Assembly: GCA_002709075.1 (NCBI GenBank)
Contig: PAPV01000002.1
Location: forward strand, 31,098-95,097
Source: Rhodospirillaceae bacterium
GTDB lineage: Bacteria > Pseudomonadota > Alphaproteobacteria > MPNO01 > UBA2964
DNA length: 64,000 bases
Direction: 5' to 3'
Shown: piece by piece, positions 62,034 to 64,000 of the stretch
Position numbering within the stretch: position 1 is the stretch's first letter
Layout: each line of letters opens with the position of its first letter
Made by a program: the position numbers and the translations under genes
The notes under the pieces: generated by a model
Told to the model about the DNA's origin: nothing
The model's input: the letters and a program-made list of their open reading frames with translations, nothing else
Databases searched by the model: none

Positions 62034-63349
62034 TCATGGGTATGGAGTGGTATGAGGCTGGGGGTCTTCTTCTGGGTTGCATCATTACCGGGATGGCTCT
62101 CGGAGTGCCTGTTGCTTTTACGTTCATGGCGACAAATATCGTGGGTATATTTGTTTTTTCAGGCGGATGGCCGGTTCTGCCTCAAATCGCAGACAACGCG
62201 ACTAGTTTAATTACAACCTTTACTCTTTCACCAATCCCTATGTTTATCCTAATGGGGTCATTGTTTTTTCATACAGGTTTGGCGATTAAGGTATTTGACG
62301 CCCTTGATAACCTACTCGGAAAAATTCCAGGTCGATTATGTTATTTGACGGTTATTGGTGGATCTCTTTTTTCAACATTAACTGGTTCTACTATGGCAAA
62401 TACCGCTATGCTTGGATCATTGTTGGTGCCGGAAATGACCAGGAGAGGTTATAGTAAAAAAATGTCGATGGGACCAATTCTCGGCACAGGTGGATTGGCC
62501 ATGATAATTCCTCCATCATCACTGGGAGTTTTGTTGGCAAGTATTGCTAATGTTGATGTTGGCAGGCTATTGATTGCAGGAATATTGCCTGGATTACTTT
62601 TAGCTACATTATATGCGAGCATGATTACCTTTCAGCTTTGGCGAAATCCGGAATCAGCTCCCTCTTATGACGTAGAACCGACAACTTTTGCGCAAAAGCT
62701 GTATCAAATTTTCGTCAATATTCTTCCGATGGGTTTTGTGGTTTTTCTGGTAATCGGATTTATTGTGCTTGGTTGGGCTACGCCGTCGGAGTCCGCCTCT
62801 TTTGGTGTTGTGGGTGTTTTCATTCTTGCTGCAGCGCGGAGAATGTTAACATGGGGTACCTTTACTAAATCCTTAGAAGGCACAATCCGTGTTGCGGCAA
62901 TGGTGTTTTTTATTTTGATGAATTCCACAGTTTTCAGTCAGTTGCTCTCAATTTCAGGGGCCGGGCGCGGATTGGTTAACTGGGCAACTGGTTTTGATGT
63001 GTCGCCTCTAATAATACTAAGTTGTATGTTTCTTGTTTTGATACTGCTTGGTATGTTTATGGATCAAGTCTCCATGATGCTTATCACAGTACCTATTTTT
63101 TATCCTCTTGCTGCCGCGCTTGGGTATGACCTTATATGGTTTTCCTTAATTGTATTGCTCGCCCTCGAAATGAGTGCAACTACACCACCTTTTGGTTTAC
63201 TGTTATTCATAATGCTTGGGATGGTCAGAGGCACAACGCTTTTTGAAGTTGCTGCTGCGGCGATACCATTTTTATTTTGCGATTTAATATTAGTTATCAT
63301 TCTGGTTATTGTTCCAGGCTTAGCATTGTATTTGCCTAGTCTCATGTGA
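62030..63349 (+). CDS. dctM: TRAP transporter large permease
   Basis: GVPVAF, IPMFILMG, GSTMAN, IIPPS, GILPG, ATPSE, LGMFMD, TPPFG. Confidence 0.94.
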   Translation: MIMGMEWYEAGGLLLGCIITGMALGVPVAFTFMATNIVGIFVFSGGWPVLPQIADNATSLITTFTLSPIPMFILMGSLFFHTGLAIKVFDALDNLLGKIPGRLCYLTVIGGSLFSTLTGSTMANTAMLGSLLVPEMTRRGYSKKMSMGPILGTGGLAMIIPPSSLGVLLASIANVDVGRLLIAGILPGLLLATLYASMITFQLWRNPESAPSYDVEPTTFAQKLYQIFVNILPMGFVVFLVIGFIVLGWATPSESASFGVVGVFILAAARRMLTWGTFTKSLEGTIRVAAMVFFILMNSTVFSQLLSISGAGRGLVNWATGFDVSPLIILSCMFLVLILLGMFMDQVSMMLITVPIFYPLAAALGYDLIWFSLIVLLALEMSATTPPFGLLLFIMLGMVRGTTLFEVAAAAIPFLFCDLILVIILVIVPGLALYLPSLM

Positions 63350-63584
63350 AAAGATGATGGTGGTGAAATTTTAGAAAAATTTTATCTTCTTGTGACTTTA
63401 GATAAACAAACTAATCATATGCATCGAAGAAATAAATGCGAAGAAACATAATTGCTGAGATTTTATCTGCCGCAGGAAATAGATAGAAAAATTGTATGCG
63501 CGTTCATAAAATTGTTTTTTTTATGCGCTTAATAAATTGAGCGAATTTCACTTTAGTAAATCAAATAATGAGTGAGACCAGTTT

Positions 63585-64000
63585 ATGAACTTAGAACTTT
63601 ACCATAATAGCATGTCCACCTGCTCACAGAAGGTAAGGATTACGCTTGCGGAAAAGAAAAAAGAATTTACTTCCCATCACTTAAATCTAAGAGCACGAGA
63701 TCAGCATACAGCAGATTATCTTAACCTAAATCCTAATGGAGTTGTGCCAACACTTGTTCACAACAGCTTAGTAATTTATGAATCAGCTGTAATAGATGAA
63801 TATTTAGACGATATTTTTCCTGATTTTCCCTTACGTTCATCTGATCCATATGAAAAGTCATTAATGCGCAGGTGGGTAAAGCAATTAGACGAGGGTGTGC
63901 ACGCCGCTAGTGCTACAGTTAGTGCTTGTATAGCATTCCGGTACCAATTTATTGAAGGAAAGACTTCTGAGGAGCTTGAGCAAACGCTGAGGGGATATGT
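63585..64000 (+). CDS. glutathione S-transferase family protein (runs off the window end; not in ORF track)
   Basis: ATG at 63585: MNLELYHNSMSTCSQKVRITLAEK...YLNLNPNGVVPTLVH...IYESAVIDEYLDD.FP; open to position 64000. Confidence 0.9.
   Translation, partial: MNLELYHNSMSTCSQKVRITLAEKKKEFTSHHLNLRARDQHTADYLNLNPNGVVPTLVHNSLVIYESAVIDEYLDDIFPDFPLRSSDPYEKSLMRRWVKQLDEGVHAASATVSACIAFRYQFIEGKTSEELEQTLRGY

Noticed and set aside
47557-64000. Integrative element or genomic island at tRNA-Leu
   Set aside because: No integrase or transposase and no repeat of the tRNA 3' end noticed; flanking genes (GT4, zur-znuCB) look native.
1-64000. CRISPR arrays, rRNA, tandem repeats, defence or toxin-antitoxin systems
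   Set aside because: No regularly spaced repeats or corresponding protein motifs seen on manual reading.

Overview
Low-GC (roughly 40% by eye) chromosomal segment of an alphaproteobacterium; gene content and order (gapR, split pntAA/AB/B, COQ9, coq7, zur-znuCB, metX-metW/CM-hisC-tyrC, ftsEX-zitP, argH-lptM-lysA, etfBA-hbd) point to a Rhodospirillales-like, possibly marine, lineage (inference). Positions 1-47.5 kb are mostly housekeeping: pyk, a divergent bioBA/bioFD biotin cluster, transhydrogenase, purEK, Met/aromatic/Lys/Arg synthesis, ETF and ubiquinone genes. A tRNA-Leu(CAA) lies at 47470-47556. The last ~11 kb is an uncharacterised catabolic locus. One arm carries a three-subunit xanthine-oxidase-family molybdenum hydroxylase (not a CO dehydrogenase by its active-site loop), an atypical crotonase and a shattered amidohydrolase pseudogene missed by the ORF track. 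The divergent arm carries a UbiD-family (de)carboxylase, a TRAP transporter and a GST. Other intergenic gaps seem to hold decayed genes (e.g. glycerate kinase upstream of pyk), and several usually syntenic genes are absent, suggesting ongoing gene loss. A 42-aa LptM-type lipoprotein was also missed by the ORF track. I saw no CRISPR array, transposase, integrase or rRNA. All calls come from motif recognition by eye; no database searches were run.
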